64,000 nucleotides of DNA from Chitinophaga pinensis (GTDB lineage: Bacteria > Pseudomonadota > Gammaproteobacteria > Burkholderiales > SG8-41), in contig CALQCM020000014.1 of the NCBI GenBank assembly GCA_943329075.2, forward strand, positions 11,076 to 75,075, in the 5' to 3' direction. The notes under the pieces are model-generated. The model was not told the origin of the DNA, did no database searches, and was given only the letters and a program-made list of their open reading frames with translations. Shown one piece after another: positions 23,933-33,254 of this stretch. Each line of letters starts with the position of its first letter. The first letter of the stretch is position 1. Made by a program: the position numbers and the translations under genes.

Positions 23933-25408
23933 TTGTCGGACGCTATTTTTGACTACGATGTTTTGATCGTGGGTACTGGCAACGCCGCGTGCTCGGCTGC
24001 ACTGGCGGCGCTGGAAAAAACACCGCGTGTGGGCATGCTCGAAAAAGCCTCGCAGCGCGACCGCGGCGGCAACAGCATGCTGACGGTGCTGATGCGCTTT
24101 GCCTTCAACGGCGCGGCAGACCTCAAGCCACTGATCCGCAATTATTCCGATGACGAAATGCGGCCGCTGCTCGAAGGCCTGCCGCACCGCACCGAGGCCG
24201 AGTTGTGGGACGAGATCATGCACGTCACCAACAACCAGTCGGACCAGGATATGCTGCAGGTGCATGTCACCGAATCGCTGAAGACCGTGCACTGGCTGGC
24301 GACGAAGGGGCATGACTGGTCGCCGGCGACCATCCGCGACGATAACGTCGTCACCATGAACGGCGGCGGTGCCGGTTTGCAGAAGCGCAACTTCGCGATG
24401 CTCGAAAAAGCCGGCGTGAAGTTTCATTACGAAACCGCCGCGCTCGAGCTCGTGCAGGACGCCAGAGGCAAAGTCACCGGCGTGAAGGCGCTGACGCCGC
24501 AGGGCATCGCCACCTTCAACGCCAAATCCGTGGTGCTCGCCTGCGGCAGCTTTGAATCGAACCCCGAAATGCGCGCGCGCTACCTCGGCCCGGGCTGGGA
24601 CATGATTCACCTGCGCGGCGTGCCGTACAACACCGGCGACGGTCTGAAAATGGCAATGGACATCGGCGCCATGCCCTATGGCAGCTGGAGCAGCTGCCAC
24701 GCTTCGCCGCAGGATATCGCGCTGCCGAAATTCACCGTGCCGTCAGCGCATTCGCTCAAAGACAGTCAGACGCGTTACATGTATCCGTGGGGCATCATGG
24801 TTAACACGAATGCCGAGCGTTTCATCGACGAGGCCTACGACACGCGCGGCCGCACCTATGCGGCGATGGGGCGTTCGATCCTCGCGCAACCCGGCGGCAT
24901 CGCTTACCAGATTCTTGACGCGAAGATCCGCAAGATGAATCTCTACACGCCGAACTATCAGAGCGCGACCACGGTGAAGGCCGACACGCTGGAGAAACTT
25001 GGCGCCGAGCTCGATCTCAACGTGCCGAAGTTCGTCAAGACCGTTACTGAATTCAACGCCGCCGTGCAGCCGGGCAAATACAATCCGGACCGTCATCAGC
25101 TCGACGGCAAAGGCACCGCCGGCATCACGCCGCCGAAAACCAACTACGCGCTGGAAATCGACGAACCGCCGTTCGAAGCCTTCCCCGTTCGTTGCGGCAT
25201 GACCTTCGCCTTCGGCGGTTTGAAAATCGATCCGAAATCAAGCCAGGTGCAGCACGTTGCAGGCAGGCCGATTCCCGGCCTCTATGCGGCGGGTGAAATG
25301 GCCGGCGGCCTGTGGGTCGGCAATTACGCTTCCGGTTCTGGCATGATGGCGGGCGCGACCTTCGGCCGTATCGCCGGCAGCAACGCGGCGGCGACGGCGA
25401 TCGCTTAA
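23933..25408 (+). CDS. FAD-dependent tricarballylate dehydrogenase (TcuA)-like flavoprotein
   Basis: TTG start. YDVLIVGTGNAACSAALAA...RGGNS FAD motif. KSVVLACGSFESN. C-terminal LYAAGEMAGG...GATFGRIAG. Colinear with the FAD_binding_2/TcuA family. Confidence 0.8.
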   Translation: MSDAIFDYDVLIVGTGNAACSAALAALEKTPRVGMLEKASQRDRGGNSMLTVLMRFAFNGAADLKPLIRNYSDDEMRPLLEGLPHRTEAELWDEIMHVTNNQSDQDMLQVHVTESLKTVHWLATKGHDWSPATIRDDNVVTMNGGGAGLQKRNFAMLEKAGVKFHYETAALELVQDARGKVTGVKALTPQGIATFNAKSVVLACGSFESNPEMRARYLGPGWDMIHLRGVPYNTGDGLKMAMDIGAMPYGSWSSCHASPQDIALPKFTVPSAHSLKDSQTRYMYPWGIMVNTNAERFIDEAYDTRGRTYAAMGRSILAQPGGIAYQILDAKIRKMNLYTPNYQSATTVKADTLEKLGAELDLNVPKFVKTVTEFNAAVQPGKYNPDRHQLDGKGTAGITPPKTNYALEIDEPPFEAFPVRCGMTFAFGGLKIDPKSSQVQHVAGRPIPGLYAAGEMAGGLWVGNYASGSGMMAGATFGRIAGSNAAATAIA

Positions 25409-25419
25409 GAGATTGTAGC

Positions 25420-25489
25420 GTGGGCAACTTTGTTGCCCACGCGCTCAATCGACGTGTGCCGTCCACGTGGGCAACAAGTTGCCCACCCT
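25420..25489. repeat. two copies of the GTGGGCAAC-N2/3-GTTGCCCAC palindromic repeat
   Basis: GTGGGCAACTTTGTTGCCCAC at 25420-25440 and GTGGGCAACAAGTTGCCCACCCT at 25467-25489. The latter is identical to 8510-8532. Confidence 0.85.
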
Positions 25490-25547
25490 ACTCGCTTGAT
25501 CTTGAAGCATTGCAACTGTCGAGAAACAGAAACACTGAGGAACTCAA

Positions 25548-26336
25548 TTGAACATCATCGTCACAGTCAAACAAGTCGCGGACCCGAACATTCCGCCGGC
25601 GCACATTCAGCTCGACCCCGATGGCAAACGCATCATCTCGCCCTTCGGTGTGCCGCCGGTGATGAACGGTTACGATGCCAACGCGCTCGAAGAAGCGATC
25701 CGCCTGAAAGAAGCGCACGGCGGCAAGATTACGGTGCTGGGGCTCGGTGACGACACCAGCCGCGAATCGCTGAAGATGGCGGTGGCGATGGGTGCCGATA
25801 CGGCGATCCTCATCAATGATCCTGACCTGGTGAACGGCGACAGCGCGACCATCGGCCGCGCGCTGGCTGCGGCGATCAAAAAAATCGGCATGCCCGATCT
25901 CGTGTTGTGCGGGCGCCAGGCGTCGGACACCGATGGCGGACAAGTGCTGCACTGGCTTGCCGAGGCGCTCGATCTGCCGACGGTGGCGCCGGTCACCAAG
26001 ATCGAAGCGGTCGCAGGCAACGAACTCACGGTGCACCGTTTGATCGAAGACGGTTATCAACGCATCAAGGTCGAACTGCCGGCGTTGCTCGGCGTATCGA
26101 GCGAAATCAACGAAGCGCGGCATCCGAGCGTGCGCGGCACGATGGCGGCAGGGCGCGCGATGATTGCCGGCTGGAAGGCCGCCGACATCGGCCTCGCACC
26201 GCAGACGCCGAAGGTTGAGCTGCGCGAACTGCAAATCCAGTTGCGCACGACCAAGGCGGAATTGATCGAGGGCGCATCGGGCGCAGAAAAAGGTGCTGCG
26301 CTCGCCAACAAACTACATGAGCTGGGGTTAATCTGA
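25548..26336 (+). CDS. etfB: electron transfer flavoprotein beta subunit
   Basis: MNIIVTVKQVADPN...VLCGRQASDTDGGQV matches the EtfB/FixA family pattern. TTG start. Confidence 0.9.
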   Translation: MNIIVTVKQVADPNIPPAHIQLDPDGKRIISPFGVPPVMNGYDANALEEAIRLKEAHGGKITVLGLGDDTSRESLKMAVAMGADTAILINDPDLVNGDSATIGRALAAAIKKIGMPDLVLCGRQASDTDGGQVLHWLAEALDLPTVAPVTKIEAVAGNELTVHRLIEDGYQRIKVELPALLGVSSEINEARHPSVRGTMAAGRAMIAGWKAADIGLAPQTPKVELRELQIQLRTTKAELIEGASGAEKGAALANKLHELGLI

Positions 26337-27307
26337 TGGCTGGGGTATTGGTATTTGGCGACACCGTCGGCGGCAAGCTCGCGCCGGCTTCTCTGGAAAT
26401 GGCGGTGGCGGGCGCGGCGCTCGCGCAGGCCCTGAATGAACCGCTGGCGGGCGCATTGATTGGCGACGGTCTTGATGCCGCCGCAGCGGAATTCGCCGGC
26501 GGCTTCACCACGCTGCATCTGCTCGAAGGCAAACACCTGCGGCCCTACACCGCGCGCTGCGCGATTGCCGCGGCGCGCGCTGCGATCGAGGCGTGCAAAC
26601 CATCGGTTGTGCTGTTCCCGCATACACTCGAAACGCGCGAATGGGTGCCGCGTCTGGCGGCGATGCTCGACACCGGGCTGGTGATGGACTGCACGGCGCT
26701 TGCGGCCGAGGGCAGCGATCTCGTCGTCAGCAAGCCGGTCTACGGTGGCGGCGTGGTGGCGCAGTATGTAGTGCGCGGCGTAACGCGGCTGGTTACGGTG
26801 CGCACCGGCGTATTCGAAGGCGGCGCGGGTGCAGCGTCCGCTGCGGTCAACAAAATTGCCGTGGCCGAACCGGCGGCAGGCCGTGTCACCCTGATCGACG
26901 AACAAAAAATGCAGGCCGAAGGTGGCGTGCGCCTGAAAGATGCGACAACCATCGTCTCGGGCGGGCGCGGACTCGGCGGCCCCGACAACTGGCATTACAT
27001 TGAAGAAGCCGCGGCATCAATCGGCGGCGCGGTGGGTTGTTCGCGGCCGGTCGCCGATTCGGGCTGGGTCTCGTCGGCGCATCAGGTCGGATTGAGCGGC
27101 ACCAGTGTGAAGCCGGATCTCTACATTGCCGTCGGCATCTCCGGCGCGGTGCAGCATCTCGCCGGCATCAGCAATTCAAGCACGGTCGTCGCGATCAATG
27201 TCGATGGCGACGCCGACATGTTTACGCGCGCCAACTACGGCGTGGTCGGCGATTACAAGGAAGTGCTGCCGGGGTTTGTCGCGCGCGCGAAGCAACTGCG
27301 GGGATAG
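26336..27307 (+). CDS. etfA: electron transfer flavoprotein alpha subunit
   Basis: 1-nt overlap with etfB (TGATG). C-terminal FAD motif PDLYIAVGISGAVQHLAG...VVAINVDGDADMF. Confidence 0.9.
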   Translation: MAGVLVFGDTVGGKLAPASLEMAVAGAALAQALNEPLAGALIGDGLDAAAAEFAGGFTTLHLLEGKHLRPYTARCAIAAARAAIEACKPSVVLFPHTLETREWVPRLAAMLDTGLVMDCTALAAEGSDLVVSKPVYGGGVVAQYVVRGVTRLVTVRTGVFEGGAGAASAAVNKIAVAEPAAGRVTLIDEQKMQAEGGVRLKDATTIVSGGRGLGGPDNWHYIEEAAASIGGAVGCSRPVADSGWVSSAHQVGLSGTSVKPDLYIAVGISGAVQHLAGISNSSTVVAINVDGDADMFTRANYGVVGDYKEVLPGFVARAKQLRG

Positions 27308-27340
27308 TTTCAGCAAGGCAAATTCATCGGGAGGGCCGGA

Positions 27341-28414
27341 ATGCGGAAAGATATCGTCACTCCCGCGCAAGCGGGAGTCCAGGGATGGGCGACACGTTTC
27401 GGCAAAAACTGGATTCCCGCTTGCGCGGGAATGACGTACTGGTTTTCGAAGTTCGCTGCGGCACCGATTTCTGCGTGCGTTGCTATTGCGTTTGTTGCCG
27501 GTCCGGCAAATGCGCAACCGTACCCCGTCAAACCCATCCGCATCGTCGTCGGCTTCGTGCCGGGCGGCGCGGTGGATTTCACGGCGCGCCTCGTCGGCCA
27601 GAAATTGTCCGAGGCACTCGGTCAGCCGGTGGTGATCGAAAACCGCGCGGGTGCCAGCACGGCGATTGCTACCGAGCGCGTGGCAACCGCACCCGGCGAC
27701 GGTTACACGCTGTTGCTGATCCCGACTTCAACCGCGGTGCAGACTGCACTGCGCTCCAACCTGCCGTACGACCTGAAGCGCGATCTCACGCCGGTCTCGC
27801 TGGTGTCGATCGGCCCCTTTGTGCTGGTCGTGCATCCGTCGGTGCCGGCAAAAACGCCGCAGGAACTGATCGCGCTCGCGCAGCGCCAGCCCGGCGCGCT
27901 GAATTACGGTTCGCCCGGCATGGGCAGCGCGAACCATCTGGCCGGCGAACTCTTTCTGCTGCAGACCAAAGTGAAGATCACGCACATTCCCTACAAGGGT
28001 TCTGGTGAGGCGGTGATCGCCGCTGCCTCGGGCCAGGCACCGGTGGGATTTCCGAGCCTCGCCGGGGCGATTCCGATGCTCGACAGCGGACGTCTGCGCG
28101 CGCTGGCGGTGACGAGTTTGCGCCGCGCGACCTCGCTGCCGAAGGTGCCGACCCTCGACGAAACCCTGCTGAAGGGTTTCGATTACGTGGCGTGGTACGG
28201 TGTAGCCGTGCCGTCATCAACGCCGAAGGACATCGTCGCCAAACTCAACGGCGCGCTGGGAAAGATCGTGCAATTGCCCGACGTCAAGGAAGCCTTCAAT
28301 CGGCAGGGTTTTGAAGCGCAGGCCGGCACGCCTGACGAATTCACTGCGATTATCAATCGCGAAATCGAACAGACGATCAAACTCATTCAGATCACCGGCC
28401 TCAAGGCCGAGTAG
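27341..28414 (+). CDS. Bug/TctC-family substrate-binding protein (start uncertain)
   Basis: Family core GFVPGGAVDFTAR, VVIENRAGAS, HIPYKGSG. ATG 27341 has a GGGAGGG RBS, but codons 5-32 are the MITE-like element. The alternative ATG 27431 gives a normal signal peptide (MTYWFSKFAAAPISACVAIAFVAGPANAQ). Confidence 0.85.
   Translation: MRKDIVTPAQAGVQGWATRFGKNWIPACAGMTYWFSKFAAAPISACVAIAFVAGPANAQPYPVKPIRIVVGFVPGGAVDFTARLVGQKLSEALGQPVVIENRAGASTAIATERVATAPGDGYTLLLIPTSTAVQTALRSNLPYDLKRDLTPVSLVSIGPFVLVVHPSVPAKTPQELIALAQRQPGALNYGSPGMGSANHLAGELFLLQTKVKITHIPYKGSGEAVIAAASGQAPVGFPSLAGAIPMLDSGRLRALAVTSLRRATSLPKVPTLDETLLKGFDYVAWYGVAVPSSTPKDIVAKLNGALGKIVQLPDVKEAFNRQGFEAQAGTPDEFTAIINREIEQTIKLIQITGLKAE
27355..27436. 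repeat. MITE/BIME-like palindromic element
   Basis: Inverted arms CGTCACTCCCGCGCAAGCGGGAGTCC (27355-27380) and GGATTCCCGCTTGCGCGGGAATGACG (27411-27436). Same family as 9499-9623 and 41263-41345. Confidence 0.75.
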
Positions 28415-28442
28415 CATCGCAGAATCAATCAGGAGAACACGA

Positions 28443-29852
28443 ATGGCTGGAGCGGCTGACGGCGCGCCGGGTGCGGCGCCCGGAAAAACACAAACCGTCG
28501 GCGTGGCCGGCCTCACGGCAAGCATTGCGCAGCTCGTCAGCAGCTTCGACGGCGCGACACTCGAAGCGGCAGCGCTGACACGCGCCACACACGGCGTGCT
28601 CGATGCGATCGGTGTGGCGCTCGCCGGTATCGACGAGCCGGTGTCGAAAGTGATGCTTGGTTATGCCGCCGAGCTGCCGGCGCAGGACGGCGCGACGATC
28701 TGGGGTAGCGCGCGAAAAGTCGCGTTGACTGAGGCGGCGTTAATCAACGGCACGCTCGCGCATGCGCTCGATTACGACGACATGAACCGTTCGATGCTGG
28801 GGCACCCGAGTTCGGTGCTGACCGCGGCCTTGCTGCCGCTGGCCGAGTCGTTGCAGCTGCCGGGCCGCAAGGTGCTCGAGGCCTACGTCATCGGGCTGGA
28901 GGCGATGGCGCGCGTCGGCCGCATTTTCGGCATGAAAGCCTACGACCGCAGCTGGCATCCGACCGCGGTGCTCGGCGTGCTCGGTGTGGCGGCGGGCGCG
29001 AGTTATCTGCTGCGCTTGAATGCTGCGCAGACTATCAACGCGCTCGGCATTGCCGCCTCCGAAGCCTCCGGCATCAAAAAGAATTTCGGCGCCATGATGA
29101 AGTCGGTGCATGCGGGCAGCGCCGCGCGCAAGGGCATCTGGGCGGCGCAGTTCGCGCAGCGCGGGCTGGCTGCCGATGCCGCCGCGCTCGAAGGAAAATT
29201 CGGTTTCTGCGACATGTTCAATGAGATGCAGGAGCCGCAGGAACCGGCCGACGCGGCAACGCGCGGACTCGACATCATGGCCGCAGGCCTCGTCTTCAAA
29301 CAGTATCCGTGCTGCGGCGGGCTGCACACGCTGCTCGACATCATGCTCGATTTGCGCGCCAAACAAGGATTGCAGGCGGCGGATGTTGCGGAGATCGAAT
29401 GCCGTCTGCATCCGCAGAAGGTCGCTTACCTCGACCGCCCGGCGCCGGGCGAAAACCTCGCCGCAAAATTCAGCGTGCAGTATTGCGTGGCGGTGGCGCT
29501 GTTGAACGGCAAGGTGGGACTCGCGGATTTCAACGATACGATCATTTTTGATGTGACGCGTCGCGCCCTGATGCAAAAAGTCCGCATCACAGCGCGTGAG
29601 GACTTCGGCAGTTTTGAGAGCGAAATTGTCGTGCGTAAAAACGACGGCAGTGCGCTGTCGGCGCGCATGCTGGAGGCGCGCGGTTCGATCCGCAATCCGC
29701 TGTCAGAGGCGGAACTGCTCGCCAAGTTCGAGGATTGCGCGTCGGTGGTCCTGCAGCCGGCGCAAGCGGCGGAGGCGGGCGCTGCGCTGCTGGCAATAGA
29801 TTCGGCGCCTGTAGTTGCTCACGTGATCGAATTGTTGTGCCCGCGGAGCTAG
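28443..29852 (+). CDS. MmgE/PrpD-family protein (2-methylcitrate dehydratase / cis-aconitate decarboxylase superfamily)
   Basis: Start trimmed to MAGAADGAP... (ATG 28443). GTLAHALDYDD, SWHPT and CCGGLH motifs are typical of the family. Confidence 0.85.
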   Translation: MAGAADGAPGAAPGKTQTVGVAGLTASIAQLVSSFDGATLEAAALTRATHGVLDAIGVALAGIDEPVSKVMLGYAAELPAQDGATIWGSARKVALTEAALINGTLAHALDYDDMNRSMLGHPSSVLTAALLPLAESLQLPGRKVLEAYVIGLEAMARVGRIFGMKAYDRSWHPTAVLGVLGVAAGASYLLRLNAAQTINALGIAASEASGIKKNFGAMMKSVHAGSAARKGIWAAQFAQRGLAADAAALEGKFGFCDMFNEMQEPQEPADAATRGLDIMAAGLVFKQYPCCGGLHTLLDIMLDLRAKQGLQAADVAEIECRLHPQKVAYLDRPAPGENLAAKFSVQYCVAVALLNGKVGLADFNDTIIFDVTRRALMQKVRITAREDFGSFESEIVVRKNDGSALSARMLEARGSIRNPLSEAELLAKFEDCASVVLQPAQAAEAGAALLAIDSAPVVAHVIELLCPRS

Positions 29853-29876
29853 TTTTATGCGCGATTGGTTTTGTGG

Positions 29877-29951
29877 CGCAGGCGACTCGCCTGCGTCAAA
29901 TGTCCGTTGCAATCCGATGACGCGGTGCTTCTCGCAGGCGGGTCGCCTGCG
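29877..29951. repeat. two 19-bp palindromes CGCAGGCGA-N-TCGCCTGCG, 56 bp apart
   Basis: 29877-29895 is a perfect 9-1-9 palindrome. 29933-29951 is the same palindrome with one arm mismatch. Both lie between the PrpD-like gene and the next Bug gene. Confidence 0.7.
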
Positions 29952-30013
29952 CCACAATGCCGCCCACCCGACGTGATTGCGTGAAATGAATTTATGATTG
30001 TGCAAGGAATTCG

Positions 30014-30997
30014 ATGAACAAGATGATACTGTTTCGAATTGCGCTGACATCAATGTGCTGTGTGTTTGCCGCTTCCGCTGCGGCGCAGAACTGGAAGCCC
30101 GAACAGAACGTCGAGATCTCGGTTGGCACCGGGCCCGGCGGCGGGGCCGACCGCACTGCGCGTTTCATCCAGCGCCTGATCCAGGAAAAGAAGCTGATGC
30201 CGCAGGCGGTGTTTGTCGTCAATAAACCCGGCGGCGGTGGCACCATAGGCATGCGGTATCTCAACACCCATCCGGGCAACGCGCACTTCCTGCAGATGTA
30301 TTCGCCCAACGTGCTGGCCGGTCACATCGTCGGCCAGGTCTCGGTGAACTATAACGAGGTGACGCCGCTGGCGATTCTGTATTCGGAACACATGCTGGTG
30401 GCGGTGCGCACCGAATCGCCGATCAAGGACGGTCGCGACCTCATTGCGCGCCTGAAGGCCGATCCGAAATCGCTGTCGATGACGGTAGGCATCGGACTCG
30501 GCAATATGAACCACATCGGCGCCGCATTGCCGCTGCGCGCCGGTGGTGTGGATGTGAAGCAGGTCAAGGCCGTCGTCTTCAATACGGTAGCGGAATCGGT
30601 GACCGCGGTGGTCGGCGGTCACATCGATATCGTTGCCGCCACGCCATCGACCATTTTGCAGCAGGTGCAGGCGGGCCGCCTGCGCGTGCTCGGCATCACC
30701 GCGCCGCAACGCGTGCCCGGCCTCTTTGCGCAGAGCCCGACCTGGCGCGAACAGGGTATCGACAGCATTGCTTCGTTCTGGCACGCGGTAATCGGCCCCG
30801 CCGGCATGACGCCCGCGCAGGTGCATTACTGGGAAGAAACGCTGGCGCAACTGGCGGCGACCGACGAGTGGAAAAAACAGCTCGAAGATAACTATCTGAC
30901 GCCGCAGTTTATGAAGTCCGCCGCGGCGACGAAATTTCTCGGCGGGCAGTACAGTGAACTCAAGTCGATCCTGACCGAGCTGGGGATGGCAAAGTAA
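30014..30997 (+). CDS. Bug/TctC-family substrate-binding protein (second subtype)
   Basis: Signal peptide ...VFAASAAAQ. Motifs GTGPGGGADRTAR, NKPGGGG. Similar to 20406-21383. Confidence 0.9.
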   Translation: MNKMILFRIALTSMCCVFAASAAAQNWKPEQNVEISVGTGPGGGADRTARFIQRLIQEKKLMPQAVFVVNKPGGGGTIGMRYLNTHPGNAHFLQMYSPNVLAGHIVGQVSVNYNEVTPLAILYSEHMLVAVRTESPIKDGRDLIARLKADPKSLSMTVGIGLGNMNHIGAALPLRAGGVDVKQVKAVVFNTVAESVTAVVGGHIDIVAATPSTILQQVQAGRLRVLGITAPQRVPGLFAQSPTWREQGIDSIASFWHAVIGPAGMTPAQVHYWEETLAQLAATDEWKKQLEDNYLTPQFMKSAAATKFLGGQYSELKSILTELGMAK

Positions 30998-31038
30998 TTG
31001 CTTTGAGACAAGTACCATATTAATTAACGGGGGGCAAA

Positions 31039-32115
31039 ATGAAATTGCAGAGAATCACTGTTGTTGCCGCAATCGGCTGCAGCCTGTTTGCAGGCACCGC
31101 GCTCGCGCAAAAAGCTATTCCGCTGACCTCGGTGCCTGCCAACGTGGTGCGTGGCCATATACCTTCCGACCGCGCACCGGTGCTGAAGATCCAATCCGGC
31201 CAGACCGTCGCCATCGACACGATTTCGCATCAGGGTGTCAGTACGCCCGAGGGCGCGGTGGCGTTTTTCGGCAAGGGCGGCGTGCGCCCCGAAGATGTGC
31301 TGCCGGACGCCATTGCGGTGCAAAAGGAGGTGGCGATTCCTCAGGGCGGCGGCACTCACGTGCTGACAGGTCCGATTTATATCGAGGGCGCCGAACCCGG
31401 CGACATGCTGGAAGTGCGCGTCATTAACGTTGAATTGCGCGTGCCCTACGGCGTCAATGCTTCGAACAAGGGCACCGGCCTGCTGCCGGCGCAACTCGAT
31501 GCACCGATGTATCGCGTGATCCACCTCGACGCCAAACGCAATGTCGCGTTGTTTGCGCCCGGGATTGAAGTTCCGCTGGCCCCTTTCATGGGCATCATGG
31601 CGGTGGCGCCGCCGCCCGGCGGCGGCATGACCAGTTCGCGCCCGCCCGGTATGTTCGGCGGCAATCTCGATCTCAAACAACTGACACGCGGCGCGTCGCT
31701 CTATCTGCCCGTCTATAACAACGGCGCCTTGTTCTACACCGGCGATGCGCACACCGCGCAGGGTGACGGCGAAGTTGACGGCACGGCGATCGAAACGTCG
31801 TTGAAGCCGACGCTGCAGTTCATCGTGCATAAAGGTAAAGGCAAGGGCATGGTTGCGCCGCGCGCCGAAAATGCCACGCATTACATCGTCACCGGCCTCG
31901 ACAAAGACCTCAACCTTGCACTGAAAAATGCGGTGCAGGCTGCGGTGGATTTTCTGATGCAGGAAAAAGGCCTTGATGCCGGCGCTGCCTATGCACTGGC
32001 CAGCATCGCGGTTGATTTCCGCATCGCCGAGGCGGTCAACCTTGTACAGGGTGTTTACGGCATGATTCCGAAGAACATCTTCAAAGAGCAGAAGGACTAC
32101 TGGTTCAAGCCTTGA
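31039..32115 (+). CDS. acetamidase/formamidase-family protein with signal peptide
   Basis: MKLQRITVVAAIGCSLFAGTALAQ signal. LTGPIYIEGAEPGDMLEV, GGNLDLKQL and FYTGDAHTAQGDGEVDGTAIE motifs of the FmdA_AmdA family. Confidence 0.88.
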   Translation: MKLQRITVVAAIGCSLFAGTALAQKAIPLTSVPANVVRGHIPSDRAPVLKIQSGQTVAIDTISHQGVSTPEGAVAFFGKGGVRPEDVLPDAIAVQKEVAIPQGGGTHVLTGPIYIEGAEPGDMLEVRVINVELRVPYGVNASNKGTGLLPAQLDAPMYRVIHLDAKRNVALFAPGIEVPLAPFMGIMAVAPPPGGGMTSSRPPGMFGGNLDLKQLTRGASLYLPVYNNGALFYTGDAHTAQGDGEVDGTAIETSLKPTLQFIVHKGKGKGMVAPRAENATHYIVTGLDKDLNLALKNAVQAAVDFLMQEKGLDAGAAYALASIAVDFRIAEAVNLVQGVYGMIPKNIFKEQKDYWFKP

Positions 32116-32273
32116 GCAAACGCAACGTCGCCGCACATGGTTGATGCGGACAGCGCCGGCGCGGTTGCAACGCAATCGCCGCCGGCGATGTTGTTTGCCG
32201 AGTGCGCGCCGTGAGTTAATGGCTGATGCGCGTGCCCGATTGAATCGTCGGCACTAGCAGTTTTTGCGATGGT

Positions 32274-33254
32274 CTATTTGTCGAGCTTGATGCCCGCTGC
32301 CTTGATGACGCCGGACCATTTTTTGATTTCAGACTGGAAGTAGGCGCTGAATTCCGCCGATGGCTGGCCGCCGGGTTCACCACCCTGACTGATAAACGAC
32401 TGACCGACTTCGCGGGTTTTCAATGCGGCGCGCGTATCGGCAAGCAGGCGCTCGACGATGGGTTTCGGCGTTTTCGCGGGTACCAGCAGGCCGAACCATG
32501 AACTCGATTCGAAGCCCGGATAGGATTCGGCGATGGTCGGCACCTCGGGCAGGGCCTGCGCGCGTTTTAAGCTGGTGATGGCGAGGCCGCGCACCTTGCC
32601 GCTTTTAACGTGCGGCAGCGTCGAGACCGTGCTGCTGAACAGGACCTGGATCTGGCCGCCCATCAGATCGATTGCCGCGGGGCCGCTGCCTTTGTAGGGC
32701 ACGTGCGTCATTTCGATTTTTGCCGCGGTCTTTAACAGTTCGCTGGTGAGATGAATCGAACTGCCGGTGCCCGACGAGCCGTAGTTCAGCAGGCGCGGAT
32801 TGCTGCGCGCCAGTGCGACGAGTTCGGTCACGGAATTGGCGGCCACCGACGGATGCACTGCGAGCATGAAGGGCGTTGAAACCACCATCGTCACCGGCGC
32901 GAAATCCTTGATCGGGTCGTAGGGCAGGTTCTGGAAGAGGCTCGGATTGACGGCGTGGGTGGTCGAAATCAACAGCAGCGTGTGGCCGTCAGGCGGCGCC
33001 TTCGCCGTCAGTTCGGTGCCGATGATGGTGGTCGCACCGCTGCGATTGTCGATCACCACTGGCTGGCCGAGGCTTTCCGTGAGTTGTTTGCCGAGCAGGC
33101 GGCCGATCGTATCGCCGGGTCCGCCGACGCCATACGGCACGATGAAACGGATGGGTTTGTGCGGGTAACTTTGGGCGAAGGTCCATCCGCTTGCCGACAC
33201 CAGTGCAATGGCGACTGCAGCGTGCCACATGAGTTTATTTTCGGGGCGCATCAA
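32274..33254 (-). CDS. Bug/TctC-family substrate-binding protein
   Basis: Signal ...ALVSASGWTFAQ. Motifs PYGVGGPGDTIGR, VVIDNRSGAT, HVPYKGSG. 4-nt overlap with the upstream CoA-transferase gene. Confidence 0.9.
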   Translation of the reverse strand: MMRPENKLMWHAAVAIALVSASGWTFAQSYPHKPIRFIVPYGVGGPGDTIGRLLGKQLTESLGQPVVIDNRSGATTIIGTELTAKAPPDGHTLLLISTTHAVNPSLFQNLPYDPIKDFAPVTMVVSTPFMLAVHPSVAANSVTELVALARSNPRLLNYGSSGTGSSIHLTSELLKTAAKIEMTHVPYKGSGPAAIDLMGGQIQVLFSSTVSTLPHVKSGKVRGLAITSLKRAQALPEVPTIAESYPGFESSSWFGLLVPAKTPKPIVERLLADTRAALKTREVGQSFISQGGEPGGQPSAEFSAYFQSEIKKWSGVIKAAGIKLDK

